The notes under the pieces are model-generated. The model was not told where the DNA came from and made no database searches. It was given only the letters and a program-made list of their open reading frames with translations. Below are positions 53,108-64,000 of a stretch of 64,000 nucleotides of DNA, piece by piece; position 1 is the first letter of the stretch, and each line of letters opens with the position of its first letter. The position numbers and the translations under genes were made by a program. This stretch comes from an uncultured delta proteobacterium (GTDB lineage: Bacteria; Desulfobacterota; Desulfomonilia; UBA1062), in assembly GCA_963752595.1 (NCBI GenBank), contig CAVVYZ010000023.1, forward strand, positions 20,961 to 84,960. The letters are read 5' to 3'.

Positions 53108-53891
53108 TTATTCACCCCCTTCTTCTTTCTTCTCATGAACCCGGTGAGGGCCTTTGATGAGATAATGCAGTGCGGCCATGCCGATCACGCCGCCCATGCC
53201 GATGAGCGTGAAGGGCTTGAAGAGGTTCTTCCACCAGAGAACGGAGGCGGGCATCTTCGGGATTCGGGTTGGTATGAGAGAAGTCGCTCACCTCAACCGT
53301 TCCCGGCATGACATAAAGGAGATGGGTCTCGTACTTCGGGTTGTTGGGATACACGAACCCGCCGACCTTCTCGGCACTCTTGGCCGCCTTTTCCACCATT
53401 GCCTCTTTGGTGCCGAAAGTCAGGCAGCCGGTGGGGCAGGCAGTCACGCAGGCGGGTTTCTTGCCGTCGGTGATCCGGTCATAGCACAGTGAGCATTTGG
53501 CGACGGTCTCTTTCTCCTTGGAATAACGGGGAATATCGAACGGGCAGTTCACTACGCATGACCGGCAGCCGATGCAGGTCTTCGGGTTGTGAACAACCGC
53601 ACCTTCTTCTGTTTTCGAAAGTGAACCGGTGGGGCATGCCTTGACGCATGCGGGTGTTTCACAGTGCATGCAGGCGTCATGGCGCATGAGCCAGTTCAGC
53701 TTGCCTTTCTTTTCCACTTCATCGAACCTGATGAGGCACCAGGTATTGTAGGAAAGGTCCTTGGGGCTCTGGAGGGATCCGGTGTACAGGGTCTGTTCGG
53801 CTGGCAGCTCGTTCCACTGCTTGCAGGCCACCTGGCATCCCCTGCAGCCGGTGCATTTTGTAACGTCAACGAGTTTGATGTATTCTGCCAT
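53108..53891 (-). CDS. fdnH: Formate dehydrogenase Fe-S (beta) subunit with C-terminal TM anchor (indel)
   Basis: CTGCRGCQVACKQWN, CMHC..P.C..ACP, CIGCRSC...CP, KCSLC. Confidence 0.92.
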
Positions 53892-53901
53892 ATGTCACCC
53901 C

Positions 53902-56900
53902 CTAAACCTTTTCCACATTGACGAGGAAAGCCTTGTATTCAGGAATCATGGTGTTGGAATCCCCGATGAACGGAGTGAGGTCGTTGGCATTCCCGCCGGT
54001 GACCAGTCCTTTGTATCCGAAGTGCCAGTGATACCCACCATATGGTGTGTCTTTCCCTGAATGACAAAGGGTTTCAGGCGTTTGGTAATCATGGCGTACG
54101 CTACGATACCTTCTGCATTCCGTGCTGAGGTAAGCGTACCTTATCTCCGAAGGTAATGCCCTTTTCGCTGGCGAACTCTTCACTCATTTCCACAAACTGA
54201 TGCGGTACCAGCTCGTTAAGCCAGGGCAGCCATCTGGTCATCTGACCGGTCTGCCAGTGTTCGGTAACACGGTAGGTAGAGCAGATGATGGGGAAATCCT
54301 TCGAATTTTCACTACCGAAGGTTGCCGCAACGCAGCCTGCTGCCATGATCGGGATTACAGGTTTTTTCCTTGGCCTTCTCGTCCCACCTGGTGATCGCCG
54401 GTGAAACCTGATTCGAGCTCATCAGGTTCTTCACTTGTGATTCCAGCGGCTCGTAGTGCTCGGGGAACGGTCCGTCGGTCATGCCGGCGGCAAAGAGCAT
54501 ACCTCTGCCATGCGGCACCATGATGAACGGCAGGATCGCATCCGGATCGCCGTTTCCATCCGGAATATCACCGACCCATACGTTCTTGAGCTTGCTCCAC
54601 CAGAGAACGGGTTTATCTTTGGCAAAGGGCTTGCCCTCGGCGTTCACACTGGCGCGGTTGTACACGATGCGGCGGTTTACCGGCCAGGACCATGACCAGT
54701 TGGGGTATACGCCGAGACCTGTAGGATCTGCCGGATCGCGTTTCATGGTCTTGTTTTCGGTATCGGTTACCGAACCACTGTAGACCCAGCAGCCGCAGAC
54801 GGTGGATCCGTCATCCTGCAGCATGGCGAAACTGGGCACCATGTCGCCTGGTTTGAATTTCTTGATCTCTTTTTTAACCTTATCTTCAATCTCTTTTTCT
54901 GCAATGAAGTAACCGTTGATTTCTTTGGCCACCTCGCGGGGCTGTGGATTGTTTATAGCCGGATCCATGCTGCCTTTGGAGTAGTTCCAGGTAAGGTTCA
55001 GGATGGGGTCCGGGAATGCACCGCCTTCTTTTGCATAGAGGGCCTTTGTTTTTGTGACGATCTTGTTGAGGATCCAGAGATCGTCTTCTGCATGGCCGGG
55101 TGCATCCACCGCCTTGTACCGCCATTGGGTCCATCTTCCGGAATTGGCGATGGAACCTTCCTTTTCCAGGGATGCTGCGGCGGGAAGCAGGAATACTTCC
55201 GTCTTGATATCTGCCGGATTCACACCTGCCTCTTTCTGCCAGAAGGCCGAAGTCTCGGTTTCCCACAGGTCGATGGCAACCATCCAGTCGAGCTGGGCAA
55301 GGGCTTTTCTGATCATCTTTGCGCTCGGTGCGCCGACTGCCGGGTTCATGCCCCAGACAAACATGCCCTTGATATCGCCGTTGGCCATGGCACTGTAAAT
55401 GGGCAGGTAGGAATAATTCTTGCCGTCGTCTATTTTGGGGACATAACTGTATGCGGTTTCGAGATCGACATCTCTCCACCAGGCCTTCATGAGGCTTGCC
55501 ATGTACTTCGGTGTGTTACCCCACCAGTTCAGACTCTTGGGGTCTTTGGTCTTCGGCGTGTTTTCCTCGTTGTACTTTGCCAATGTCGGCTGGTTAGCCT
55601 TGGGGTATTTGAGATAGCCGGTGAGGATATGGAAGAGGGCGCCCATGTCCGTTGAACCCTGGACATTGCTTTCGCCGCGGAGCGCATTGATACCGCCGCC
55701 TGCAACGCCGATGTTACCAAGCAGAAGCTGAAGGACGGCGAAGGCCCGCACGTTCTGCGAACCGTAGGTATGCTGGGTGGTGCCCATGGCATACATGATG
55801 GTTCCGGACAGTTCGGGCTTGTAAGTCGCTGTATAAGCATCTGCAACACTTTCAAGATCTTCTGATGTTGCATCCGGTGATCTCGCTTGCCTTTTTCAAG
55901 GTGTAGCGGGAATAATGCTTTTTCAAGAAGCTGGAATACGCACATGGGATCCTGAAGTGTCGTATCCATCATGGGTATGCCGTTGGCATCCATCTGGTAG
56001 CTCCAGGTGGCCTTGTCGTATTTGGCACCGGTAAGTCCGGAGAAGGCACCGTCGAGGTCTACCGCACCCTGGAAAGCCGGGTTCACGAGATAAGCGCCGT
56101 CCGTGTAATTCTTGACATACTCTTCGTTGATCCGGTTCTTCTCGATGGCGTAGTTTATCACAGCACCCAGGAAGGCTATATCCGTGCCGGGCCTGAGACG
56201 TGCATAAATATCCGCTGTGGCGGCTGACCTGGTGAACCTCGGGTCCACCACGATGAGCTTTGCCTTTCTCTTGCTTCTGGCTTCATTCACCCATTTAAAG
56301 GAAATGGGATGGTTTTCTGCCGGATTGGAACCCATAACCAGGATGGCGTCCGCATGCTGAACGTCATTCCAGTGATTCGTCATAACACCGCGACCGAATG
56401 ATGCCGCCAGACCGGCGACCGTGGCGCTGTGTCAGATACGGGCCTGGTGCTCTACGTACACCAGGCCGAGGGCCCTGTTCATTTTGGTCAGGGCGTAAAC
56501 TTCTTCATTATCAAGTGCCGCTCCGCCGATGGAAGCGATGCTCTCGCACCGGTTCACGACCTCATTCTTATCGTTTGTCAGTTTAAAACCAGCATCCCTG
56601 GTCTTTTTGAGGTTGGTTGTGATCTTTTCCAGAGCCCAATCCCACTCGACCTCTGTCCAGGCATCTGCTCCGGGGGCGCGGTACAGAACCTTCTTGTTCC
56701 GCTTGTCATTGTTGGCGATCTGGTACAGCGAGCCACCCTTGGGGCAGAGAGCTCCCTTGTTGATTGGATGATCCGGATCACCTTCCGTGTTAATGACCTT
56801 GCCGTTCCTGACATGGGCGATGATACCGCAACCCACTCCACAGTAGGGGCAGATCGTTGGCACTTCCTGAGCGTACTGGATCTTTCTGGACTGGGCAAAA

Positions 56901-56989
56901 GCCGGCTTAATGCCTACCCCGGTCCCAATACCAGCCGCTGCGAGGGTGCCGCCAGCAACTTTGAGGAAACTCCTCCTCGTGATATCCAT
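53902..56989 (-). CDS. fdnG: Selenocysteine-containing formate dehydrogenase alpha subunit, Tat-exported (indels)
   Basis: TRRSFLK Tat signal, CPYCGVGC, HQARI-U-HSATV, MTNHW, GSNPAENHP, LRGESNVQG, FPEHYEP. Confidence 0.95.
56400..56434 (-). promoter_or_regulatory. Sec UGA codon (56432-56434) and bacterial SECIS hairpin
   Basis: In-frame TGA at the catalytic Cys/Sec position followed by a GTCGCCGGTCTGGCGGC stem-loop. Confidence 0.85.
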
Positions 56990-57059
56990 GCTGCACTCTC
57001 CTCCCGTTTGGTTTGGTTATGATGCGAACATCATATAAAGGTTCCTTATCACAGAAATT

Positions 57060-57075
57060 ATGAATGTTCATTCAT
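57060..57075. promoter_or_regulatory. Palindromic operator-like site
   Basis: ATGAATG-TT-CATTCAT. Confidence 0.5.
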
Positions 57076-57081
57076 TTTAAA

Positions 57082-57178
57082 TTATGCAATAAATTACATA
57101 ATGGCTCTGCGCCTTAATTTGCCCGGACGCCATTGTAACTCTATTTATGCAATATAATACATAATGGCATTACGCCTT
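57082..57178. repeat. Two 34-bp direct repeats with internal dyad symmetry, 63 bp apart
   Basis: TTATGCAATAAATTACATAATGGCTCTGCGCCTT / TTATGCAATATAATACATAATGGCATTACGCCTT. Confidence 0.75.
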
Positions 57179-57303
57179 GGATTACATGTTGAACAACATG
57201 GACAATATTCAGATGAATCTTGTAAAGTGGCTTTAAATCATGCCCTTAGCCCGGGACTCGCTTTCTTGTTGACATGATTTTTTATATCCCATAGTGTTCG
57301 GCC

Positions 57304-58011
57304 ATGAACTGGGAATCTCTTCTGAGCACCTATCCTGACGATAAAGCGGCCATCCTGAGGGCAAAGGAATTACGCGCTCTCCTTACAGAACAGATTGGTG
57401 CAATCGATATACCTGTTCTCCATGAGTTCTGGCAAGAAAAAGGATTGCAGCCTTTTGCCGCATCACTTGCCCCTGTTTGCCTGAGTGTTTGGAAGGAATA
57501 CTTCGGATCGATGCCGTCGTTCGATATGAATGAAATCCTTGATTCCTGCGCACAGGGCAAGGCAATACCCGAACTGGAAGGTGCTGATGCCGGCGCCCTT
57601 GATGTCATCGTCAATGATGCATTCTCTCTCCTGTTGCAGCGCATGCGGGAAAAGAATTCCGATCTCATACCTGATTCGTGGGATCAGGGATTCTGTCCAT
57701 TCTGTAATTCTTCCCCGCATATAGCATTTGATTCAGAGACAGGAAGAGAGCTCTTCTGTCCCATGTGTGCGCATTCATGGCGATTTCGCCGTTTTAAATG
57801 TCCGGTTTGCAACAATACCGACCACCTTACTCTCGGATATTTCGATGCAGAGGGAATTGAGGGTACAAGGGTAAGTTTCTGCCGTAAATGCAATCACTAT
57901 ATCAAAGTGATCGACGTGAAGCTGAGAACTGCGCAGGATTATGAAACAGAAGATACCTTGAGCCTTGAGCTTGACAAACTTGCTGCAGACGAAGGCTTCA
58001 CTTCCGCCTGA
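57304..58011 (+). CDS. fdhE: Formate dehydrogenase accessory protein
   Basis: CPFC, CPMC...W..RR..CPVC.N, CRKC..YIK, LD..A..EG. Confidence 0.88.
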   Translation: MNWESLLSTYPDDKAAILRAKELRALLTEQIGAIDIPVLHEFWQEKGLQPFAASLAPVCLSVWKEYFGSMPSFDMNEILDSCAQGKAIPELEGADAGALDVIVNDAFSLLLQRMREKNSDLIPDSWDQGFCPFCNSSPHIAFDSETGRELFCPMCAHSWRFRRFKCPVCNNTDHLTLGYFDAEGIEGTRVSFCRKCNHYIKVIDVKLRTAQDYETEDTLSLELDKLAADEGFTSA

Positions 58012-58180
58012 AAATGGATTCGATCATCATTCACGCTTATTCCTTCTTTTCTGACCAGGAGAATGCCACTGCCATGGTATAAAGTTATCCGTACAGGTAT
58101 AGACTCCGGTAATGTTATATGTTATGCGCCCATAAGCCTTGCAGTCAACTTTGTAAAACATTAACAGAAAGCGAGATCGC

Positions 58181-59314
58181 GTGGATCCTTACGCAGCATT
58201 ATGGACGTTTCCTGCAATAATCCTGGCGGCAATGCTCATTGCCTGGGCAGCTGAATGCGGACAATTTTATATCTCCCAGGGTCTGGCCCTGGCCGTTCTC
58301 GCTTGGGTACAGACCATCCCTGAATTTGCCATAGAAGCCGTTATTGCTCTGGAGGCCGCAAAAGATCCGGCCAAGGTGCACCTTATTACAGCTAATTATA
58401 CGGGTTCCTTACGATTATTTGTAGGATTAGGCTGGCCGTTGGTCTATTTCGTCGCACTTTTTTTCAGAAAGAACTTCAAGCAGGGATTATACGTACTGGA
58501 ACTGGAAGATGAGCACTCAATAGCAATCCTGTCACTTCTTCCTGCCCTTGTTTATTTTCTCGTAATCTATTTTAAAGGAAGTTTGAATATCTTCGACGGG
58601 TTGGTTTTATCGGGAATCTATTTTTCATATTTATATCTTTTGTCCAAAATGCCTCCCCAGGACAAAGAGGAAGTAGAAGATCTCGGCAGGATCCCGAAAT
58701 ATATCATGAAGCTTGCCTTTCCCTATACTGTCTCATGCATACTTTGTTTTTTCATCCTGGGCGGCCTGATTATCTATTTCGCAGCCCATCCTTTTCTCTA
58801 TTCAATGCTTGCACTTGCGACTTCCATAGGTATATCACAATTCGTTTTTGTCCAATGGGTGGCACCGTTCCTGAGCGAATTTCCCGAAAAGCTCTCGGCA
58901 TTTCATTGGGCAAGAACGGTAAAGAAAGCGCCTATGGCTTTAGTTAATTTTGTGTCCTCATCCATCAACCAGTGGACAATCCTCGTGGCACTTGTACCAT
59001 TCATCTATTCTTATGGGCTCGGCAGAATAGCCCCCGTAGTTTTCGATAGTCACCAGGAACTGGAAATCCTCCTCACGATTGTTCAGTCATATCTCGGATT
59101 TCTCTTTCTTGTGAAAATGGAGTTTCATTTCAGGGAGGCCGCTGCTCTTTTTATCCTTTGGCTTACCCAATTTATTATTCCTGAAATCCGGGAAGAGATT
59201 CTCTGGATTTATGGGGCCTGGGCACTGATAGAAACATACATCCTGATAAAGAATTTCAAACAAAGAAATGCATTTCATGTATTTTTCGCATTGTATAAAA
59301 CCCACCTGAGATAA
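58181..59314 (+). CDS. Cation/Ca2+ exchanger (CaCA) family membrane protein
   Basis: Alpha repeats T.PEF and SEFPE, ANYTG, SS.INQWT. Confidence 0.8.
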   Translation: MDPYAALWTFPAIILAAMLIAWAAECGQFYISQGLALAVLAWVQTIPEFAIEAVIALEAAKDPAKVHLITANYTGSLRLFVGLGWPLVYFVALFFRKNFKQGLYVLELEDEHSIAILSLLPALVYFLVIYFKGSLNIFDGLVLSGIYFSYLYLLSKMPPQDKEEVEDLGRIPKYIMKLAFPYTVSCILCFFILGGLIIYFAAHPFLYSMLALATSIGISQFVFVQWVAPFLSEFPEKLSAFHWARTVKKAPMALVNFVSSSINQWTILVALVPFIYSYGLGRIAPVVFDSHQELEILLTIVQSYLGFLFLVKMEFHFREAAALFILWLTQFIIPEIREEILWIYGAWALIETYILIKNFKQRNAFHVFFALYKTHLR

Positions 59315-59356
59315 ATGGTTCTAATTGTTCAGCAGCGACCATCTCACAGGTCGCTG

Positions 59357-60814
59357 CTATTCTGATGACTCGATGAGTATCTGTCCTAATTTGAGGGAAT
59401 CATTCAGATTTATCTGTATTTCGGAGACAAATTCCTGTTCTATACGGAACAGATGCCTCTTCTGCTGATTGAGGATATATAAACCGACTTCCTGGGGCAA
59501 ATCAACCTTTATATGCTTGATTTTATTTCTACTTAAATAAAGCTGTATTTCTCTCAGGGCCATAAATCCCGATGATTCCACCGATCTCACAAGACCTGTG
59601 CCTTCGCAACCGGGACAGGTGACGTGGCTTTTTTCCAGAAGAGGGGGTGAGAGCCTTTCGCGGGAAAGTTCAAGTATGCCGAAATTGGAGATCTTGCCAA
59701 TGACGAGATGCGCCCGGTCTTCTTTAAGGCCCTCTTTCAGCGCCTTTTCCACCAACCGGTTATGCTCTTTTACCCGCATATCTATGAAATCAATCACGAC
59801 AAGACCGCCGAGATCCCGCAGAACAAGCTGCCGTGCGATTTCCGCTGCGGCCTCCTTGTTTGTCTCGAAGGCAGTGTCTTCGATGGTTTTGCTGTTTGTC
59901 GACTGTCCTGAATTGACGTCGATGACCACCAGCGCTTCGGTGGGCTCGATGATGATGGTGCCGCCTGACTTCAATTTAACCCTGCTGCTGTAAATGTCCT
60001 CAATCTGATTTTCCAGCTCGTATTTCGTAAAAAGCGGCTTGGAAAGCTTGTAGTGCTTGATGATTTTATTCTGCCGGGGCATGACGGTTTTCATGTGCAG
60101 ACTGGCACGCTTGTAGGTTTCTTCATCATCGATGAGTATCTCGTTGACATCCGTCGTCAGATAATCACGTATCGATCTGATGATGATATCGCCTTCTTTG
60201 TAGATAAGGCTCGGACAGACCGCTTTGTCATACTCCTCCTGGATGCTTTTCCACATCCTGAGGAGATAATTCATGTCCCGCAGTAATTCAGCCTTGTTCT
60301 TGTCCATGCCGGCTGTCCTTACGATGAATCCCATGTTCTCAGGCGGATTCAGCTGGCCGAGGATCTCCCGCAGTCTTTTCCGCTGCTTTTCATCTTCGAT
60401 TTTCCGTGATATGCCAGCCAGGTCCTGGAAGGGGAGGAGTACGAGAAATTTGCCGGGAAGGGAGATGTTGGTCGTGAGCAAAGCACCCTTTGAACCTTTT
60501 TCTTCGCGCTGCACCTGCACCATCAGCTCGAGTCCCCTGCGTATTATGGAAAGGACATCCTTGGTTCCCTGAAGCTCGGGGATCATTGCCGTATTGATGT
60601 CCTGAACCGACAGCAGGCCGTGTTTTTCCCTCCCGTAATCGACAAATACTGCATTGAGGCTGTGCTCCACCTTGGAGACCCGTGCCTTGCAGATATTTCC
60701 CCGAAGCTGTTCTTTGAGGGCGCTTTCCATGTAAAACAATTTCAGGACACCTTCGTCCACGACAGCTACCCGAATCTCTTCGGGATGAATAGCATTCATG
60801 AGCATTTTTTTCAT
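59357..60814 (-). CDS. Rne/Rng family ribonuclease (catalytic domain only)
   Basis: GNI.K.RV, FVDYG, IVRTA, VIDVNSG, RDLGGLVVIDFIDM, CPGC Zn-link. Confidence 0.93.
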   Translation of the reverse strand: MKKMLMNAIHPEEIRVAVVDEGVLKLFYMESALKEQLRGNICKARVSKVEHSLNAVFVDYGREKHGLLSVQDINTAMIPELQGTKDVLSIIRRGLELMVQVQREEKGSKGALLTTNISLPGKFLVLLPFQDLAGISRKIEDEKQRKRLREILGQLNPPENMGFIVRTAGMDKNKAELLRDMNYLLRMWKSIQEEYDKAVCPSLIYKEGDIIIRSIRDYLTTDVNEILIDDEETYKRASLHMKTVMPRQNKIIKHYKLSKPLFTKYELENQIEDIYSSRVKLKSGGTIIIEPTEALVVIDVNSGQSTNSKTIEDTAFETNKEAAAEIARQLVLRDLGGLVVIDFIDMRVKEHNRLVEKALKEGLKEDRAHLVIGKISNFGILELSRERLSPPLLEKSHVTCPGCEGTGLVRSVESSGFMALREIQLYLSRNKIKHIKVDLPQEVGLYILNQQKRHLFRIEQEFVSEIQINLNDSLKLGQILIESSE

Positions 60815-60828
60815 TCAAAGGCCTTTCT

Positions 60829-61430
60829 TCATTCGAACATATCAGTCGGTCCGAGGCCGTGTCTGATGATTTCTAGGGTGTCGGTATCCATTGAGATAAT
60901 GGTGGAAGGTATATCCGGGAGGATTCCGCTGTCGATTATTGCATCCACCGCATGTCCGAGGTGTGCTTCGATCTCTATGGGATCAATATGAAGTTTTTCA
61001 TCGGTCATGGGAACACTCGTGGTTATGATGGGTTCCCCTACTTCCTGGATGATTGCCCTGCAGAACCAGTGATCCGGGATGCGGACGCCGACGGATTTGC
61101 GGTTGGTCTGCAACAGTCTCGGCACGAGCCTCGTGGCGGGAAGGATTATGGTATACGGGCCGGGGAAGAGGATGCGCATGATCCGGTAAGCTTCGTTGTT
61201 CACCTTAGCAAACATGCTGATGTCTTTGATATCGGACAGCATGATGCTGCGGGGTTTTTTCGAAACCTTGATCTGATTGATCTTGTCGATCCCATGCTTG
61301 TTGGAAATGCAGCAACCCAGGCCGTAGACGGTATCCGTGGGATAGACGATGATCCCGCCTTTTTCAGGATATCGGCCACCCTGGATACTGTCCGGGGTTT
61401 GGGAGTCTTAGGATCGATGAGGATCCGCAT
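60829..61430 (-). CDS. L-threonylcarbamoyladenylate synthase, YrdC/TsaC family (indels)
   Basis: YPTDTVYGLGC, PGPYT.IL, VGVRIPD, TTS, PSTII. Confidence 0.88.
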
Positions 61431-62181
61431 TATCGTTTCCCTTCATGCATAAACTCTTCATATCAATGTTACTGAGAGATGCAAATATTGAATATTTAAT
61501 TGAAGGTATTTCCTTTTCAAGATTCGAGATGTAATTCCGGATGAGGTTACGCTTGCTGTCCGGACGTATGGGGCAACTTATCCCCACCGGCAGGACATCC
61601 AGATGTCTGAAATAATTTTCCACAAGCTCTCCGGTACAATAGGCAAGGGGCCGTATAACCCGGTTTCTGCCGTCGTTCGAATACCGGGAAGGTGCCATAC
61701 CGCCGATCTGGCCGGTGTAAAAGCAGCGCAGCAGAAAGGTCTCAATGATATCATCCAGGTGGTGGCCGAGAGCGATGGAGGAAACACCCATTTCTTCGGC
61801 CAGTGCATAGAGCTTTCCCCTCCTGAGGCGAGAGCAGAGGGCACAGGAGCTTTTTTCCGGATCATTGATAAGGTTCAGGATCTCGGAGATCTGTCCGTCA
61901 TGAATGATCACTTCGAGTTTGAGATTTTTTTTGATCCAGAGGGCGATCCTGTCGAAGTCCAGTTCAAAGCCGGTTCTGATATGGACCGGTATGATCTCAT
62001 ACTCGATGGGGGCGGATTTTTTCAGGAGCGACAGAATTTTGATCATGACAATGGAGTCTTTCCCTCCGGAAACGGCCACCATTACCTTGTCGCCCTGCTG
62101 GATCATCCGATAGTCGTGGATGGCCTCTCCAGCCTTGTGCCGTAATTGTTTCTCTAAAAATTTCTTCGATGTAGGGGACAC
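61408..62181 (-). CDS. ttcA: tRNA 2-thiocytidine synthesis protein, TtcA family
   Basis: PP-loop SGGKDS, CALCSRLRRG.LY, LGHH.DD, IRPL. Confidence 0.85.
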   Translation of the reverse strand: MSPTSKKFLEKQLRHKAGEAIHDYRMIQQGDKVMVAVSGGKDSIVMIKILSLLKKSAPIEYEIIPVHIRTGFELDFDRIALWIKKNLKLEVIIHDGQISEILNLINDPEKSSCALCSRLRRGKLYALAEEMGVSSIALGHHLDDIIETFLLRCFYTGQIGGMAPSRYSNDGRNRVIRPLAYCTGELVENYFRHLDVLPVGISCPIRPDSKRNLIRNYISNLEKEIPSIKYSIFASLSNIDMKSLCMKGNDNADPHRS

Positions 62182-62243
62182 AATGTTCTCTTTAGCAAAA
62201 AAATGGCGAAGGTAAAAGAACGAAGCTGCACTCGCTGGAAAAA

Positions 62244-63176
62244 CTAGCCGGCTCCGGCTGCCTTTTCCAGCCATGATGCAACAGTATCAAAGGCTTTTTC
62301 CGTGGATGGGAAAAAAGAATGGTCGGGCCGATTATTCATCCAGGTTATCTGCCGTTTTGCAAAGTGCCGGGTATCCCGCTGAACCAGGCTGACAGCTTCT
62401 TTCAGGGACAGAACGCCGTCCAGGTGGTGAATGATGTGCTTGTAGGCCAATGTCTGCATGGAGGTCAACTCCGGACCATATCCGCTGCTCAGAAGCCTGA
62501 CGGTTTCTTCAACCAGGCCTTTTTCCACCATCCTGATTACCCGGTTGTCGATATTGCGGTAGAGAAGCTGCCTGTCGGGCATGATGCAGGCAATGTGCGC
62601 TGCATTGACCGGTTTTTCAAAACCATGGCTGCGGTAGATGCTGCTCGGCCTCTTGCCGGTCAGGAAGAGTATTTCAAGGGAACGGATGATTCTCAGGGCA
62701 TCGTTTTTCCTTATGCGGGAAGATGTCATGGGATCCATTTTATGAAGCATGGTTTCCAGATAGCCGATGCCTTTTCTTTCAATAAGTTTTTTCAATGCGG
62801 TTCGTACTGCATCCGATCGCCCCGGAGCGGGCGCCAGACCATAGATGAGCGCCTTGATATAAAGGCCGGTCCCTCCGACAACCACCGGAAGCTTTTTTCT
62901 CAATCGAACCTCCTGAATCTTCCGGCGGGCCATCTGTACAAACATTCCGGCCTGAAACTGCTCATCCGGATTAACAATGTCAATCAGATGATGCGGCAGG
63001 AAGGCCCTCTCTTCTTCGTTTGGTTTTGCTGTGGCGATATCCATGTGGCGGTACACCTGCATGGAATCGGCAGATATGATTTCCATGGCATGGTTCTGTG
63101 CGAGGGCGAATGCGAGATCGGTCTTGCCGGAACAGGTTGGTCCGGTGATGATGATCAGGGGCGTCTGCCTATCCAT
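62244..63176 (-). CDS. miaA: tRNA dimethylallyltransferase
   Basis: GPTCSGKT, SADSMQVY, TAKP, GGTGLY, TRHFAKRQ.TW. Confidence 0.96.
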   Translation of the reverse strand: MDRQTPLIIITGPTCSGKTDLAFALAQNHAMEIISADSMQVYRHMDIATAKPNEEERAFLPHHLIDIVNPDEQFQAGMFVQMARRKIQEVRLRKKLPVVVGGTGLYIKALIYGLAPAPGRSDAVRTALKKLIERKGIGYLETMLHKMDPMTSSRIRKNDALRIIRSLEILFLTGKRPSSIYRSHGFEKPVNAAHIACIMPDRQLLYRNIDNRVIRMVEKGLVEETVRLLSSGYGPELTSMQTLAYKHIIHHLDGVLSLKEAVSLVQRDTRHFAKRQITWMNNRPDHSFFPSTEKAFDTVASWLEKAAGAG

Positions 63177-64000
63177 CGTTCGATCTCTTCCCGGTCGATC
63201 TTCTTGAAGAGAGGTCTGCCATGTGGACATGCGATGGGCGAACCGACACTGTCGAGGTCATGCAACAGGGCAGCAGCTTCCGATGTGGTCATTATTTTGC
63301 CGGAGCGTATGCTTGCATGGCAGGCGATGGTCGCGATAAGGTCTTCCATATGGCCTGTTTCAGCTTTTTTGGTTCTCATTGATACTTCAGAATATTCGGC
63401 AAGAACATCCCTGATAAATGTTTTTATATCCCGGATGTTCAGCAGCGGAGGCAATGATCTGAAGGCGATGGTATGCTCACCGAAGGGCTCGCATTCGATG
63501 CCCAGTTTGTTGAAATGGCGTGAAATTTCCTCATAGACGCTGTATTCCTGACGGGAAAGGTCAAGGATGACAGGGGCCAGCAGAAGTTGTGATTTGACGT
63601 TTTCCGACAGATAAAATGCCTTTAACCGTTCAAAGGTAACCCGTTCGTGGGCAGCGTGCTGATCCAGGATGAACAGGCTCGCATCATCCTGAAGCAGGAT
63701 ATAGGTGGCGTGAAGGAAGCCCACAATGGATTTGGAGGAATAAAATCCTTCGGCATGCCGGGATAAGGGATCCACAGCGAACAGAGAATACTCGCTGGAT
63801 GATTTTCTGTTGTCCGCAGGTGGACCGGCATTTGGTGAGGTATATGCTGATGATGTGCTGCTCTTCACTTCAAGAGAACGGTATTCCGGAGCGTTGATGA
63901 TCTGAGGCAGGGCAGGGGAGAAGGCATTTCCGACGGTTGCTGCGATGAGTCCGAAGACAGCTGACGGGTGACGGAATCTCACTTCTGCTTTTGACGGGTG
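63155..64000 (-). CDS. mutL: DNA mismatch repair endonuclease MutL (3' part)
   Basis: DQHAAHER, ACH, CPHGRP; HPSKAEVRF at window edge. Confidence 0.95.
   Translation of the reverse strand, partial: HPSKAEVRFRHPSAVFGLIAATVGNAFSPALPQIINAPEYRSLEVKSSTSSAYTSPNAGPPADNRKSSSEYSLFAVDPLSRHAEGFYSSKSIVGFLHATYILLQDDASLFILDQHAAHERVTFERLKAFYLSENVKSQLLLAPVILDLSRQEYSVYEEISRHFNKLGIECEPFGEHTIAFRSLPPLLNIRDIKTFIRDVLAEYSEVSMRTKKAETGHMEDLIATIACHASIRSGKIMTTSEAAALLHDLDSVGSPIACPHGRPLFKKIDREEIERWIGRRP

Noticed and set aside
1-64000. Mass pseudogenisation suggested by dozens of frameshifts
   Set aside because: Indels hit housekeeping genes (aroC, tsaC, fdnG) and often homopolymers while motifs stay intact, which is typical of unpolished long-read error.

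Overview
Most likely a deltaproteobacterial (Desulfobacterota-like) chromosome segment, inferred from gene content. Many genes are split by 1-bp indels, which look like long-read consensus errors. Left to right it holds: a zinc-ribbon gene and an HExxH gene; DAHP synthase with an unannotated Tyr/Phe leader-peptide attenuator; a B12-riboswitch-controlled cbpA/cbpB peptide and radical-SAM pair; a ~18 kb anaerobic cobalamin operon with a second B12 riboswitch; aroC-aroKB-TPR-aroQ-peptidase-efp-accB-lipoate ligase; assorted metabolic and signalling genes; tRNA-Val(CAC); a two-component pair; treY-treZ; a selenocysteine fdnGHI operon with fdhE; and mutL-miaA-ttcA-tsaC-rne/rng. The most notable feature is a ~6.3 kb AT-rich element integrated at the tRNA-Val 3' end (36171-42523). 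It encodes a tyrosine integrase, a two-tyrosine HUH rolling-circle Rep, a small protein with a clamp-binding-like motif and a small HTH protein. Its readable cis elements include att cores, arm-type repeats, a candidate antisense copy-control RNA and candidate double- and single-strand origins. It has no capsid or conjugation genes. Its cargo is a HEPN-motif protein, a coupled Cas2/VapD-like plus PIN gene pair and a membrane-anchored TPR protein, which together suggest an undescribed satellite or integrative plasmid carrying toxin or defence RNases. Other notable signals are a likely AUU start codon for cbiH inside cbiG and a highly structured non-coding element just outside attR.
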